DNA of 64,000 nt from a virus. The stretch covers positions 72,132 to 136,131 of IMG/VR virus record IMGVR_UViG_3300035670_000035. One strand, 5' to 3'. Below, one piece after another: positions 18,269-27,966 of the stretch. Each line of letters begins with the position of its first letter. Position 1 is the first letter of the stretch. The notes below the pieces were generated by a model. That model did no database searches, was not told where the DNA came from, and saw nothing but the letters and a program-made list of their open reading frames with translations. Made by a program: the position numbers and the translations under genes.

Positions 18269-20914
18269 TTAATTTTCCGAAAGATAGTCATAATAGCTTA
18301 TTCTAAACCTATTTATTTCCTGTGTTATAGTCTTACTATCCTCTCCTTTTGAAGAATCTAATTGTTGAGGCTCTTTCTCTATTAATCCATCTTTTCCAGA
18401 GCCCAATGCTTCTAAATCTTCTTCACTAAATTCTTTTGTTTTACATTGAAAAGAGAATAAACTTCCTAATTCAAAATCTTTATATCCACTTCCGCAAATT
18501 TTTCCACTACTTCCTGGGCTAAAAATACATATTGTTTCTCCAGAAACAATATTACCAGATTCAAATTGACTCGCTAAAGCTTCTAAATCCTCCTCTTCCT
18601 CCTCTTTATTATTAATTAATTCTGTTTCAGATGAGATTGGTACAGTTACTGTAAGTGGATATTTTGTATTCTCGATCTCTTCATATGGAATTTCATTTGT
18701 AACTAATGCGTTAGGATTTTTAATATATAAATTTACTGGTAATCTATTTTCTGAAGTAGCAACTCCAGTCCAATTGATATAATCATCTGAAATTTCTAAT
18801 CTCATGATTTTTGGTACAAGGTAATTATATATTTCTAATCTTGGTTGAAGATCTAATTCAATTTTATGACTTCCAAATTTACCACTTCTTAATGAGACTA
18901 TATTAATAATTGAATTACCACTTGCGTCTACACCTCCATCAATTCCAGTAAGTAATGGACCATATTCATATTGAGGGGTTGGATAGTATTTTAAAGGTTT
19001 CCAACTAAATAGACCAGAAGAAGCTAATTTATAATTAATCTTATTTATTAAATCTTGTTTTCCAGAAAAATAATTATTTCCAATTGAAGAATTAGAGAAG
19101 ATAAATTCTGTTGTGTATTCTTTTATTATAGGTTTATATCCATATAGATCTTGAAATGTTTCATCATATTTAAATGGATATTGCTTGAATTTTATCTTAT
19201 CTCCCTCATAAAAATTATTAAATGCAATTTGACCAGAATGATAATTCAAATTATATTTAATATTAATTAGAGCAGCATTTAAATCATCTATAAAAAATAT
19301 TCCAGAATCTATTGTTGTACCACTCGTTGATATACCGCTTGCAGCCAAATTTTGATTTCTAGTTTTAGTAACAACTTTTTGTTTTACATCGGAACAACCA
19401 ACTTCTCTACAGGCGCAACATTCAGCTAATAATGATTGATCAATTGCTATTCTATAGGTTGATGGACTTGGATCAGGATCATAATATGTTAATAGATTTC
19501 CATATGTGCGTATTGGTATATATTGTTTAGGAACATCGATAAATCTTTCTCCTTGATTATACAATTTTGTTGCTTGGTCACAGATTAAGCAAAATGAAGT
19601 CGAACATCCTTTGCCAAGTCCAACAGAGACAATAATTGGAGTACATAAATCTCTGTATACTCCAGAATATTCTCTATAGAATAAAAATGGACTTTCAAGT
19701 TGTCCACTTATATTTCTTTCAAAGTCAATAGTGAACGCTACGGGATCTTGAGCGTTTAACGCATTAAATCCAGAACCAGGCATTAGTTCTGTGGAACCCA
19801 AAAAGTATGTAGCCCAAATTTTATCTTGATTTTCAATATAAATATCTTGTAATTTCTCATCAGACACGAAATTAACATCCATAGAAATTAAATGAGTATT
19901 TTGATTTTTGCCACTCAAACTATTTTCGTTATATAAAAAGTCTATCTCATTACCAGAAATTATCGTGGTATAAGTTCCAGGGCTTAAGAAATATAAAAAT
20001 CCAGTATTAGTTCCTGTTATATAATATCCACTTTGTAAACTTTCTGAAGAATCATAAATAAAGAATCCGTATTCTCCAACATCATAATTTAAATTATTCG
20101 TGGAAGATTTATGTCTAAATAAACATGGTAATGCTATATTTTTATTATATGATGCTGCGGGCGGACTAATTACAATTTCATTTTTAATAAATCTATACTT
20201 TTCATTAGGCGAAGTAAGATTCGATAAATAAGAATTATCATAACTAATTTGACTATTAGTTTCAAAATTTTGTAATATTCTTTTTTGATTAATGTAATCT
20301 TGAACATTATCTGTTATGCCAATTGGCTCTTTTAAGTCTATAATTTCTAAATTAAGTATAGAAGGATTTTTAGGTATATTATGAAAAAAACCCGTTTTGA
20401 TAATTGTGGCATTTAATTCTATATCACAATCTTCTATTTTATCTTCTTCAAAACCATAAAGATTTAAATCTAATATTAGAACATGTGATTCCCCACTTTC
20501 TGGTAAAAATGCTTGATAATAAGGATCTACTGGATTATATCTATAACTTTTGGCTTTGTAATCTATGTAACTATTTTCTCCTAGTATAACGTCTCCAGTA
20601 ATTTTAGGTAATCCATGCATTCCAACTTCGTATTCAATTGGTTCTTTGCCAGAATATAATCCAGTATAAATATGACCCAAATAACTTTGTAAAGGTATAA
20701 ATGAAATATCATTTAGTATATTGTAGCCATTTAATTTTGAATATGTTGCGCCAGATGCTGCGTTTAATATATATTTTCTTAAATCTGATGAATTTAAATT
20801 AATTTGACCAGATTTGTAATCATAAATGCCTTCATCAAAAAATGGACGAATTCTCTTGTTTGTTATTTGGTTTTTTAATAAGTATAATCCAGATCCACTT
20901 GTAAAAATGTTCAT
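18269..20914 (-). CDS. Large tail-tip protein with Cys-rich segment
   Basis: 881 aa; [ST]G-rich; GCSTSFCLIC, ECCACREVGC; acidic linker. Confidence 0.55.
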   Translation of the reverse strand: MNIFTSGSGLYLLKNQITNKRIRPFFDEGIYDYKSGQINLNSSDLRKYILNAASGATYSKLNGYNILNDISFIPLQSYLGHIYTGLYSGKEPIEYEVGMHGLPKITGDVILGENSYIDYKAKSYRYNPVDPYYQAFLPESGESHVLILDLNLYGFEEDKIEDCDIELNATIIKTGFFHNIPKNPSILNLEIIDLKEPIGITDNVQDYINQKRILQNFETNSQISYDNSYLSNLTSPNEKYRFIKNEIVISPPAASYNKNIALPCLFRHKSSTNNLNYDVGEYGFFIYDSSESLQSGYYITGTNTGFLYFLSPGTYTTIISGNEIDFLYNENSLSGKNQNTHLISMDVNFVSDEKLQDIYIENQDKIWATYFLGSTELMPGSGFNALNAQDPVAFTIDFERNISGQLESPFLFYREYSGVYRDLCTPIIVSVGLGKGCSTSFCLICDQATKLYNQGERFIDVPKQYIPIRTYGNLLTYYDPDPSPSTYRIAIDQSLLAECCACREVGCSDVKQKVVTKTRNQNLAASGISTSGTTIDSGIFFIDDLNAALINIKYNLNYHSGQIAFNNFYEGDKIKFKQYPFKYDETFQDLYGYKPIIKEYTTEFIFSNSSIGNNYFSGKQDLINKINYKLASSGLFSWKPLKYYPTPQYEYGPLLTGIDGGVDASGNSIINIVSLRSGKFGSHKIELDLQPRLEIYNYLVPKIMRLEISDDYINWTGVATSENRLPVNLYIKNPNALVTNEIPYEEIENTKYPLTVTVPISSETELINNKEEEEEDLEALASQFESGNIVSGETICIFSPGSSGKICGSGYKDFELGSLFSFQCKTKEFSEEDLEALGSGKDGLIEKEPQQLDSSKGEDSKTITQEINRFRISYYDYLSEN

Positions 20915-21972
20915 TATATTTTCCTTGGTATACTGTAACTAGTATCATTATAAAAACTTTTACTGTATTTAATTAATCCAATATCATCAAAAGTTATAAA
21001 ATCTTGTGTATTTATATTACCGCTATTTGTATTTAGAAATAAATTTGCACTATAATCTTTAGTCAATTGTATTGGATTATAATATATTTCAAAAGTTCCG
21101 CTATATGCATTATTTTTACCAGTAGTTAATATTATTTTATTAATACAACCTTCGCAACTAGAGAGTTGATATCCATACTGTTTATATTCTTTTTTATTAA
21201 GACTAAAAATATCTATATTTCCAGAATCAGCAAAGCTTTTATCATTTAATAACCAATATAGATCCGAAAGATTTGACCATTCATTTTCACCAGTTGCGTT
21301 ACTCTTTTTATAATATAAAGTGTTACCGAAATAATTTATATTAAAATTTTTATTAAATATTCCACCATATTGCGTTGATAAAGAAACACTTAAAGTATCT
21401 TTTCTAGTGAATAAAGTAGACGAAGACATATTATCATTTTCTGGAGTAGAAATAAAACCTAAAATTCCAGAAGTTAAAGCAAAATAATTATCTTCTCCAT
21501 TATAATTTATAAATTTTTGATCAAGAAGTCTATCTGGTATAATATATTTTGTTCCGTCATGTTTTACATCAAGACAGATCAATTTGATATTGTGTTTTAA
21601 ATAATAATCTGTTGAAATTAATTTAATTGGCGCACCGAAAAATTTTCCACTTTCATTACCATAGTAAAGCGTATTTGTCTCTTTATAAGATTTTGGTATA
21701 GAAACAGTAACATATCTATCCAACCCAGCTGCGCCACTAATTGATACATATTTTTCTAATTTTTTATTACCATATTCGTCAAGGTAAATATTTAGTGGAT
21801 TACCGCTATTTGAGGCTCCTGTTTGAACGAATTGATAAGTTTTACCTTTTTCAAAAAATAAGCCAGAAGCTTCTACATTATTTAGATAATAACATTCTGG
21901 AGATCCTATACCAGAATATATATTATATGTATTTTTAATTCCTGTGCTTACATTATAACTTTTGTCTGCCAT
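20914..21972 (-). CDS. Tail-associated protein with degenerate cupredoxin-like domain
   Basis: FEKGKTYQFVQTGASNSGNPL...VTVSIP..TLYYG resembles the phage xGxTYxF..HPL..LYYYC..H..MG module. Confidence 0.45.
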   Translation of the reverse strand: MADKSYNVSTGIKNTYNIYSGIGSPECYYLNNVEASGLFFEKGKTYQFVQTGASNSGNPLNIYLDEYGNKKLEKYVSISGAAGLDRYVTVSIPKSYKETNTLYYGNESGKFFGAPIKLISTDYYLKHNIKLICLDVKHDGTKYIIPDRLLDQKFINYNGEDNYFALTSGILGFISTPENDNMSSSTLFTRKDTLSVSLSTQYGGIFNKNFNINYFGNTLYYKKSNATGENEWSNLSDLYWLLNDKSFADSGNIDIFSLNKKEYKQYGYQLSSCEGCINKIILTTGKNNAYSGTFEIYYNPIQLTKDYSANLFLNTNSGNINTQDFITFDDIGLIKYSKSFYNDTSYSIPRKI

Positions 21973-22003
21973 TTTTTCCTTTTGCCTTTAATTAAATTAC
22001 ACT
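21973..22003 (-). promoter_or_regulatory. Putative late promoter plus tandem AAGG leader
   Basis: AGTGTAA-N7-AAAGGC-AAAAGGA-AAAA-ATG. Confidence 0.65.
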
Positions 22004-22421
22004 ATTCTAAACCTAATCTTTGTGGCGCATTATATTTTATAAAACCTATATTAATAGGATAATTTACTTTATATAAGTATTTTACGCCAGTATTTATAAC
22101 ATTTAATACTATTGTTTTTTCGCATAATATACCTGATTCTAGAATATGAGCTTTAATATGATAGGTTCCATAGTCTTGCAAATATCCTTGAATATATTTT
22201 GAGCCAGTATTATAATAAACATTATTTGGTAAATTTGATAAATTTAGAAGATTAGGATTCCTAGTAATGTCTTGATTTTTATAAAACCCACTAACAATAG
22301 AATTTAAATTAACAAAAATACTATTTGCCACACCAGTTGGCAATTGATATGTTAGTCCAGTAATAAAAGAGGGTAAATCATGACAAGATTGATCATTAAA
22401 CTCAAAATATTGATTTGCCAT
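22002..22421 (-). CDS. Small tail protein with putative Ig (He_PIG-like) domain
   Basis: NLPNNVYYNTGSKYIQGYLQDYGTYHI pattern. Confidence 0.45.
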   Translation of the reverse strand: MANQYFEFNDQSCHDLPSFITGLTYQLPTGVANSIFVNLNSIVSGFYKNQDITRNPNLLNLSNLPNNVYYNTGSKYIQGYLQDYGTYHIKAHILESGILCEKTIVLNVINTGVKYLYKVNYPINIGFIKYNAPQRLGLE

Positions 22422-22470
22422 ATTTCATCCTTTGTCCTTTATAAAGCCATAGCCTTATAAAAATTACACT
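22422..22470 (-). promoter_or_regulatory. Putative late promoter plus AAGG leader
   Basis: AGTGTAA (22464-22470) followed by AAGGCT..AAAGGA-CAAAGGA before ATG. Confidence 0.6.
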
Positions 22471-22482
22471 ATAATATAGCAA

Positions 22483-22902
22483 TTATAGGAAGAAAATAAG
22501 CCAAGAATTCTGGTCTTCAATAACTGAAAATTGTCTAAATTCAAATTTATTCTCTTCAGTATGTTTAAAAAATTGATAAAAAGAATCATCATTTTTATGT
22601 ATTCTAAAAATACGCCCTTGGACATTTGTTCTTTTATTCTTTTCGCGCATTTCATCTAAATTTATTTTAATTTGAGGATTTTCTTCTAAAAAATATGTTA
22701 CAAAATTTGTAACAATAGTTACGTTTTCAAGTACATAATCTGCTACAGTTCTTCTACAAGAACAATCTGCGTTTTTAGATAAGCTTTCTATTTTATCTTG
22801 AATTGATGGAGCAAAATCTTTGAATCTTTTAACAAATACTACATCTTGAGATATAAGTTCAAATACTACATTAATTAAAATATCTTCTGTGATTTTTTGC
22901 AT
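22483..22902 (-). CDS. Hypothetical non-structural protein
   Basis: 139 aa, DCSCR motif, lacks the [ST]G bias of its neighbours; AT-only upstream region with several TATAAT. Confidence 0.6.
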   Translation of the reverse strand: MQKITEDILINVVFELISQDVVFVKRFKDFAPSIQDKIESLSKNADCSCRRTVADYVLENVTIVTNFVTYFLEENPQIKINLDEMREKNKRTNVQGRIFRIHKNDDSFYQFFKHTEENKFEFRQFSVIEDQNSWLIFFL

Positions 22903-22943
22903 ATTTATTATTATTATATTATATTATTATTATATATATTATT

Positions 22944-25418
22944 CTAATAATTATTTATATTTAAACCTGTATAGAATTTATACTCTTTTCCAAGGTTATA
23001 TATCTTCCATTCAAGATTTATTAAATTATTTATAGGTTTAATATTTTTTATTGAAATGTTTTTAGTATATCTTGATGAGTAGCCATCTAATTTATAGATA
23101 TCTGTATATAGTGGCGAGGAATAATTATAAAATTTATATATATCATATGTAGGAGAACAATTAAGATTTTTTATTGACAAAGAAAGTTCTAAATTTAAAT
23201 TATTTAAATTATTAATATATCCAGTAGTTATAGATAAAGATTGCTGTATTCCGCAACAATCTCTACAATTTAGTCCAGTATCACAAATACAATAATTAGT
23301 AATATTTGATGTAGATATTCCAAAATAATCTATATAATTATCCCATGGAGCTGATAATAAATATGCAGAACCTTTTGTAGGATTACCAACTATCATGGTA
23401 TTTCCATCTCTATTTAAAGCTATACTTTCACCAAAAAAATCTCCAGAAATTTGATTTTCATCATTTATTTTTAAATATTTTTGCCATCCTGGATAAATAG
23501 ATGGGCATGTAGGAGGATTTATTGGCCAATATCCATAAAAAATACCTCCACTATATCCAAAGCCTGTTACTGTTCCATCTTTAAGAACTACCATAGAATA
23601 ACCGCATCCAGCAGATATTCCCGTAATTTTTCCAGAAATGCCAGTTGGGAAATTTAATTGTCCATAAGTATTATCTCCATAACCAGTTACAGATCCATCA
23701 TTTAAAAGAAAAAGAGTATTAACACAACCCAAACTCATTTTAACTATTTTACCAGAAATACCAGTTGATATATTAAATTGGTTAGAAGAATCGTATCCTA
23801 TTCCAGTAGCCCATCCACCGCTAATAAGAAAAAGAGAGCTCCTCTCTGTCGCATCAATCCCAGTAACATATCCTTGAATTGATTGTGGAATAGATATTCG
23901 ATCAAATTGATTACTTCCCCAACCAGAAACTGTTCCATTTTTAAGAAGTGCAAGTGCACTATATCCACCAAATGCTATTCCAGTTACATTTCCTTGAACA
24001 TTAGCTGGAATTTTTGTTAAATCAAAAGTATCGCGCCAATCGTCACCCCATCCAGTAACTCTTCCGTCTTTTAAAAGAACCATATTGGTATCTATAGCAG
24101 AGATTATATCAACTACATTATTTCTAACAAAACCAGTAACGCCAGTTGAAATACTAGCTTTAGAAAATTGGCTACTTTGACCAAGACCCCATATATTTCC
24201 ATCTTTTGTTAAAATAAATGAATGGTCATCTGCGATTGTTACTTTTTTAACATTTCCTTGAATTATATCTTCATCTATATATTCGCCTGTAATTTTTCCA
24301 TCTGGTTCATTAAGATTTCCAAAAGCAACAATACTATCATCTTTTCTCAGCGCAAATGTAAGAACTTTATTTGAGCTAGTATCTTTTAGGGGAAAAACAT
24401 CTTTATAACATTTTTGTTTATCTTCTTGGACAAGTGAATTTAACTCTAAATATCCATGTATTGTTCCAGTTCGATCTGAAGAAGAAGCAAAAAATAAATT
24501 ACCACTATTATTGATAGCCACAGACGTACCAAAATTAGTTGTATTTCCAGTAAATCTAATAAAAGGAAAGCTATATTTTTTATCTCTAAACCAAAAATTA
24601 GAATCTTTATCGTATTCAAATAAATAAACTCTACCAGAATATATATCATTAGAAGAATATCCATATTTATTTGCTCCTATTAGGATACTTTGTGCATCAT
24701 CTGTAACGCTAATACTTTTTCCAAATCCTTGATCTTCATTTTCAAAGTCGAATTTGTTATTGTCTGGATTTTTAATCCTTCCTAATAAATTCCAATTTCC
24801 AGTTTCTGAGTATACAAAGATTTCTCCATTTCCATTATAATTTGGTGCAGCAATAAATACATAATTTCCACTATTTATAGATACTTTTGTTCCATATTCC
24901 ATACCCTCACTTGTACCTGAAAAAGTTTTATGTTTAACCCAAGTATCTCCTGCTTTTATGTAAAGATTAGCAAAACCACTTCCAAGTACTCCTTGATATG
25001 AACCAACAATTAATTTATTACCAGAATTGTTTAATTTTAAATCCCATCCAAGATAATCTTCTGCATTGTCTCCAATAATTTTTTGTACTTGATACCAGTT
25101 TTCATCTTTTCCAGTATAAATATATACTGCGCCCCTAGCATTTTCTTCAAGTGGAGCGGACACAGCTAAAATATCTCCTTTATTATTTATATCAATAGAA
25201 TAACCAAAATTAACAATTGAATCTGATTCTAGTTCAATTTGTTGAATTTTTTTCCAAGAATTCCATTCTCCTTCATATTGTTTATATACATAAACCTTAC
25301 CTTTAAGACTTTCTTGTGGGGCAGATATAGCAAAGATATCTCCACTATTTATAGCTACAGATTTTCCATAATAAGAATAAGCAGATAGGTAAGTTTCATT
25401 TATATTTAAAAATTTCAT
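22944..25418 (-). CDS. FG-GAP beta-propeller with inserted RCC1 propeller
   Basis: Six FG-GAP blades, about 300 aa of RCC1 repeats (ALLKNGTVSGWGSNQ), a seventh FG-GAP blade, Cys-rich end; start placed at ATG 25418 (ATGA overlap with upstream stop) rather than 25439. Confidence 0.8.
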   Translation of the reverse strand: MKFLNINETYLSAYSYYGKSVAINSGDIFAISAPQESLKGKVYVYKQYEGEWNSWKKIQQIELESDSIVNFGYSIDINNKGDILAVSAPLEENARGAVYIYTGKDENWYQVQKIIGDNAEDYLGWDLKLNNSGNKLIVGSYQGVLGSGFANLYIKAGDTWVKHKTFSGTSEGMEYGTKVSINSGNYVFIAAPNYNGNGEIFVYSETGNWNLLGRIKNPDNNKFDFENEDQGFGKSISVTDDAQSILIGANKYGYSSNDIYSGRVYLFEYDKDSNFWFRDKKYSFPFIRFTGNTTNFGTSVAINNSGNLFFASSSDRTGTIHGYLELNSLVQEDKQKCYKDVFPLKDTSSNKVLTFALRKDDSIVAFGNLNEPDGKITGEYIDEDIIQGNVKKVTIADDHSFILTKDGNIWGLGQSSQFSKASISTGVTGFVRNNVVDIISAIDTNMVLLKDGRVTGWGDDWRDTFDLTKIPANVQGNVTGIAFGGYSALALLKNGTVSGWGSNQFDRISIPQSIQGYVTGIDATERSSLFLISGGWATGIGYDSSNQFNISTGISGKIVKMSLGCVNTLFLLNDGSVTGYGDNTYGQLNFPTGISGKITGISAGCGYSMVVLKDGTVTGFGYSGGIFYGYWPINPPTCPSIYPGWQKYLKINDENQISGDFFGESIALNRDGNTMIVGNPTKGSAYLLSAPWDNYIDYFGISTSNITNYCICDTGLNCRDCCGIQQSLSITTGYINNLNNLNLELSLSIKNLNCSPTYDIYKFYNYSSPLYTDIYKLDGYSSRYTKNISIKNIKPINNLINLEWKIYNLGKEYKFYTGLNINNY

Positions 25419-27925
25419 AAGGAATCTCCTTGTTGACACACACCAGAATCTCCACTAATAAAGCTTCTTGTGTAAAAATTGACTCCAGAAACAAATCCAT
25501 TTATTGATGCAAACCATTTTGTTCCAGTTGTTGATGTATTACAATTCGGAACAACAAGAATACCTAAAGGAAACATTCCACTTTTAAATACTAAATTATT
25601 GGTTGCTTTAAATAAATTCCCAAATTTTTCCCAGTTATATGGAATTGAATTAGGAGGGTTATCTCCATTTGTTCCTATGCATGTAGTATCAAATAGCGTT
25701 AAACCGCTACCATTTAAATTATTTACAAAATTATCTATCGAATTAGATGAATTAATAGAAGCGCAATCAAATCTATTATTACAACCAGATGACCAAACTA
25801 TTAATCTATCTTTTAGATTATGACTTACAAAATACGTTTCTAAATTAATATTATCATTATTATTTAAATTAGTTGGATTTTCACCACAAGTTAAATTATT
25901 GTTTTGGGGAGTACTAGAGCAAACGTAATTTGGACAAAATCCACAATTTTCTACATATTTAATATAATCAATTATTAAAGTCTCTCCATTATTACAAGTT
26001 GGTGCCGCTGGACAACAATGAATAGGTACTGAAATAGATGGACTTGAAGATAATGCAACAGATGGACAAAATGGTATTTTAGAAAGTTTATAAGAAGCAT
26101 TTAAAGCGCTATTTCCAACAATAGAAATATCATTATCTCCAAAAAATCCATTTCCAATTTGAGCTGCTTTTGCATAAAAAGTTTTAAGATCTTTTTCGTT
26201 ATATAAAAATTTAGATTTATCAATAGAGTAATTTAACTCTTTATCTAAGTAAACGAAATTAAATGTTAAATTTTCAGAACTTCTATAAGAAGCGATTTTA
26301 TTTAAAAATGTTGAATATTTTATTTCAATTGGCGGGGCATATAAAGGGTCAATTTCAGCACAAGGTTCGGCATCAGATTCAATATATGGAAAATTATTTG
26401 TTATTATGTTTACAATTTTAGTTTTACTTGCGTTCCAAGATAGATTTTGTATTGCATAATCTAGAGCATCATTTATTGCGATACCTTCTTTTATTTTTTG
26501 ATATGGTTCTAAAGTTTTTATACCACTAAAGAAAATCCCAGTATTATTTGTAAAATCATGTCCTGTTATAGTATAAATATCATCACTAAAATAAATAGTT
26601 GCTATTTGATTTAATCCAGAATTGGATCTTATTAATGTATCTAAAAGAATTCTGCTATTGCTTTTAAATAAAGCTAATCCAGATTTATTACTATAAGAAA
26701 TATCAATTAAATTAGCAACTTGAACTCCAGCATTACAATAGTATGGCATTGTGGAATTATCATTATAAATTGTTCGAATTTTAGTTTTATAATTACCTGT
26801 ATCAAAAATTCCTGTATACGTTGATATTATTCCAGCAGAGTAAGGAGCATAATTAACTTCAAATATTGGCAAATAACCAACACCTAAACCGCTCTTATAA
26901 ATTAAAAGTTTATGTTTACTATTATATAATGGAGTAAATCCATCTTCTCCTTTTAAATTAAATTGAAAATTACTTAGATTTTGGTCGCACCCATCTGTTG
27001 GTGCATCACCATAAACTACGAAAACACTACTACTACTAGTAGTAGTAGTAGGAACCATGCCGTATACTGCGCCTAAACTATTATCTCCATAAGCTACAAT
27101 AGATCCATCTGTAAGAAGAATTAAATTATGAGTATAACCAGCAGAAATTTTTGCAACTTTTCCAGAAATGCCAGTTGGGAAATTTAATTGTCCATAGCTA
27201 TTGTCTCCCCAGCCAGTTACCCAATTTCCATTTCCAGAAAGCATAGCAAGATTGTGGTATTGTCCCGCGGATATATCTATAACTTTTCCAGAAATACTAG
27301 CTGGTACATTTAATTGTCCAACATTATTACGTCCCCAACCAGTTACCCAATTTCCATTATTTCCACTAACAAGAGCAATGCTATGATCTCCACCTGCGGA
27401 TATGCCTATAACTTTTCCATTAATAGCAGATGGTACATTTAATTGTCCGTAAGTATTAGATCCAAAACCACTAGCTACTCCGCCACTATTAAGAGTTAAA
27501 CCATGATTATAACTAGCTGAAACTTTTTTGAATCCAGTAACTCCACTGAAAGATATTTTTTGAAAATCAAAAAAGGAGCCCCAACCAGTAATAATTCCGC
27601 TCGTTTTTAAAACAACATAACTATTTGATGCAGAATTAGAAAAATCTTCTACATTATATTGTATAGAATTTGGTATGTTTGATTGACCATACCAATTTCT
27701 TCCCCAGCCCGTAATTCTTCCATCTTTAAATAAAGCAAGAGTATGAAAAGGACCAGCATCTACACCAGATATATTCCCAGAAGTAGAAAGTGGTATATTA
27801 ATTTGCCCATCCTCATTATATCCCCAACCAGTTAATCTACCATTTTTTAATAATGCTAAACTAAATCCGGAACCAGCATATATTCCAGTAACATTTCCAG
27901 ATGTAGCGATAATAGCGTTAATCAT
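25415..27925 (-). CDS. RCC1-repeat protein with vWA domain and Cys-rich region
   Basis: About 7 RCC1 repeats (SAGxxH.LAL..G.VTGWG.N..GQLN); LIDISYS (MIDAS DxSxS), IYFSD, DALDYAIQNLSW..IVNIIT; CC/CxxC-rich C-terminus. Confidence 0.75.
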   Translation of the reverse strand: MINAIIATSGNVTGIYAGSGFSLALLKNGRLTGWGYNEDGQINIPLSTSGNISGVDAGPFHTLALFKDGRITGWGRNWYGQSNIPNSIQYNVEDFSNSASNSYVVLKTSGIITGWGSFFDFQKISFSGVTGFKKVSASYNHGLTLNSGGVASGFGSNTYGQLNVPSAINGKVIGISAGGDHSIALVSGNNGNWVTGWGRNNVGQLNVPASISGKVIDISAGQYHNLAMLSGNGNWVTGWGDNSYGQLNFPTGISGKVAKISAGYTHNLILLTDGSIVAYGDNSLGAVYGMVPTTTTSSSSVFVVYGDAPTDGCDQNLSNFQFNLKGEDGFTPLYNSKHKLLIYKSGLGVGYLPIFEVNYAPYSAGIISTYTGIFDTGNYKTKIRTIYNDNSTMPYYCNAGVQVANLIDISYSNKSGLALFKSNSRILLDTLIRSNSGLNQIATIYFSDDIYTITGHDFTNNTGIFFSGIKTLEPYQKIKEGIAINDALDYAIQNLSWNASKTKIVNIITNNFPYIESDAEPCAEIDPLYAPPIEIKYSTFLNKIASYRSSENLTFNFVYLDKELNYSIDKSKFLYNEKDLKTFYAKAAQIGNGFFGDNDISIVGNSALNASYKLSKIPFCPSVALSSSPSISVPIHCCPAAPTCNNGETLIIDYIKYVENCGFCPNYVCSSTPQNNNLTCGENPTNLNNNDNINLETYFVSHNLKDRLIVWSSGCNNRFDCASINSSNSIDNFVNNLNGSGLTLFDTTCIGTNGDNPPNSIPYNWEKFGNLFKATNNLVFKSGMFPLGILVVPNCNTSTTGTKWFASINGFVSGVNFYTRSFISGDSGVCQQGDSL

Positions 27926-27959
27926 TAATAAATCCTTTTACCTTTATGTATTTTACACT
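27926..27959 (-). promoter_or_regulatory. Putative late promoter plus tandem AAGG leader
   Basis: AGTGTAA-N7-AAAGGT-AAAAGGA-N7-ATG. Confidence 0.65.
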
Positions 27960-27966
27960 GTATTAA

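Noticed and set aside
22439-22450. Mini uORF (Met-Ala-Leu-stop) in the leader of 22421
   Set aside because: Single instance, easily explained by chance in an AT-rich leader
23600-27230. Diversity-generating retroelement TR/VR pair among the RCC1 repeats
   Set aside because: Mismatches flanking the shared segment are not adenine-specific, both copies are coding, and no reverse transcriptase is present in the window
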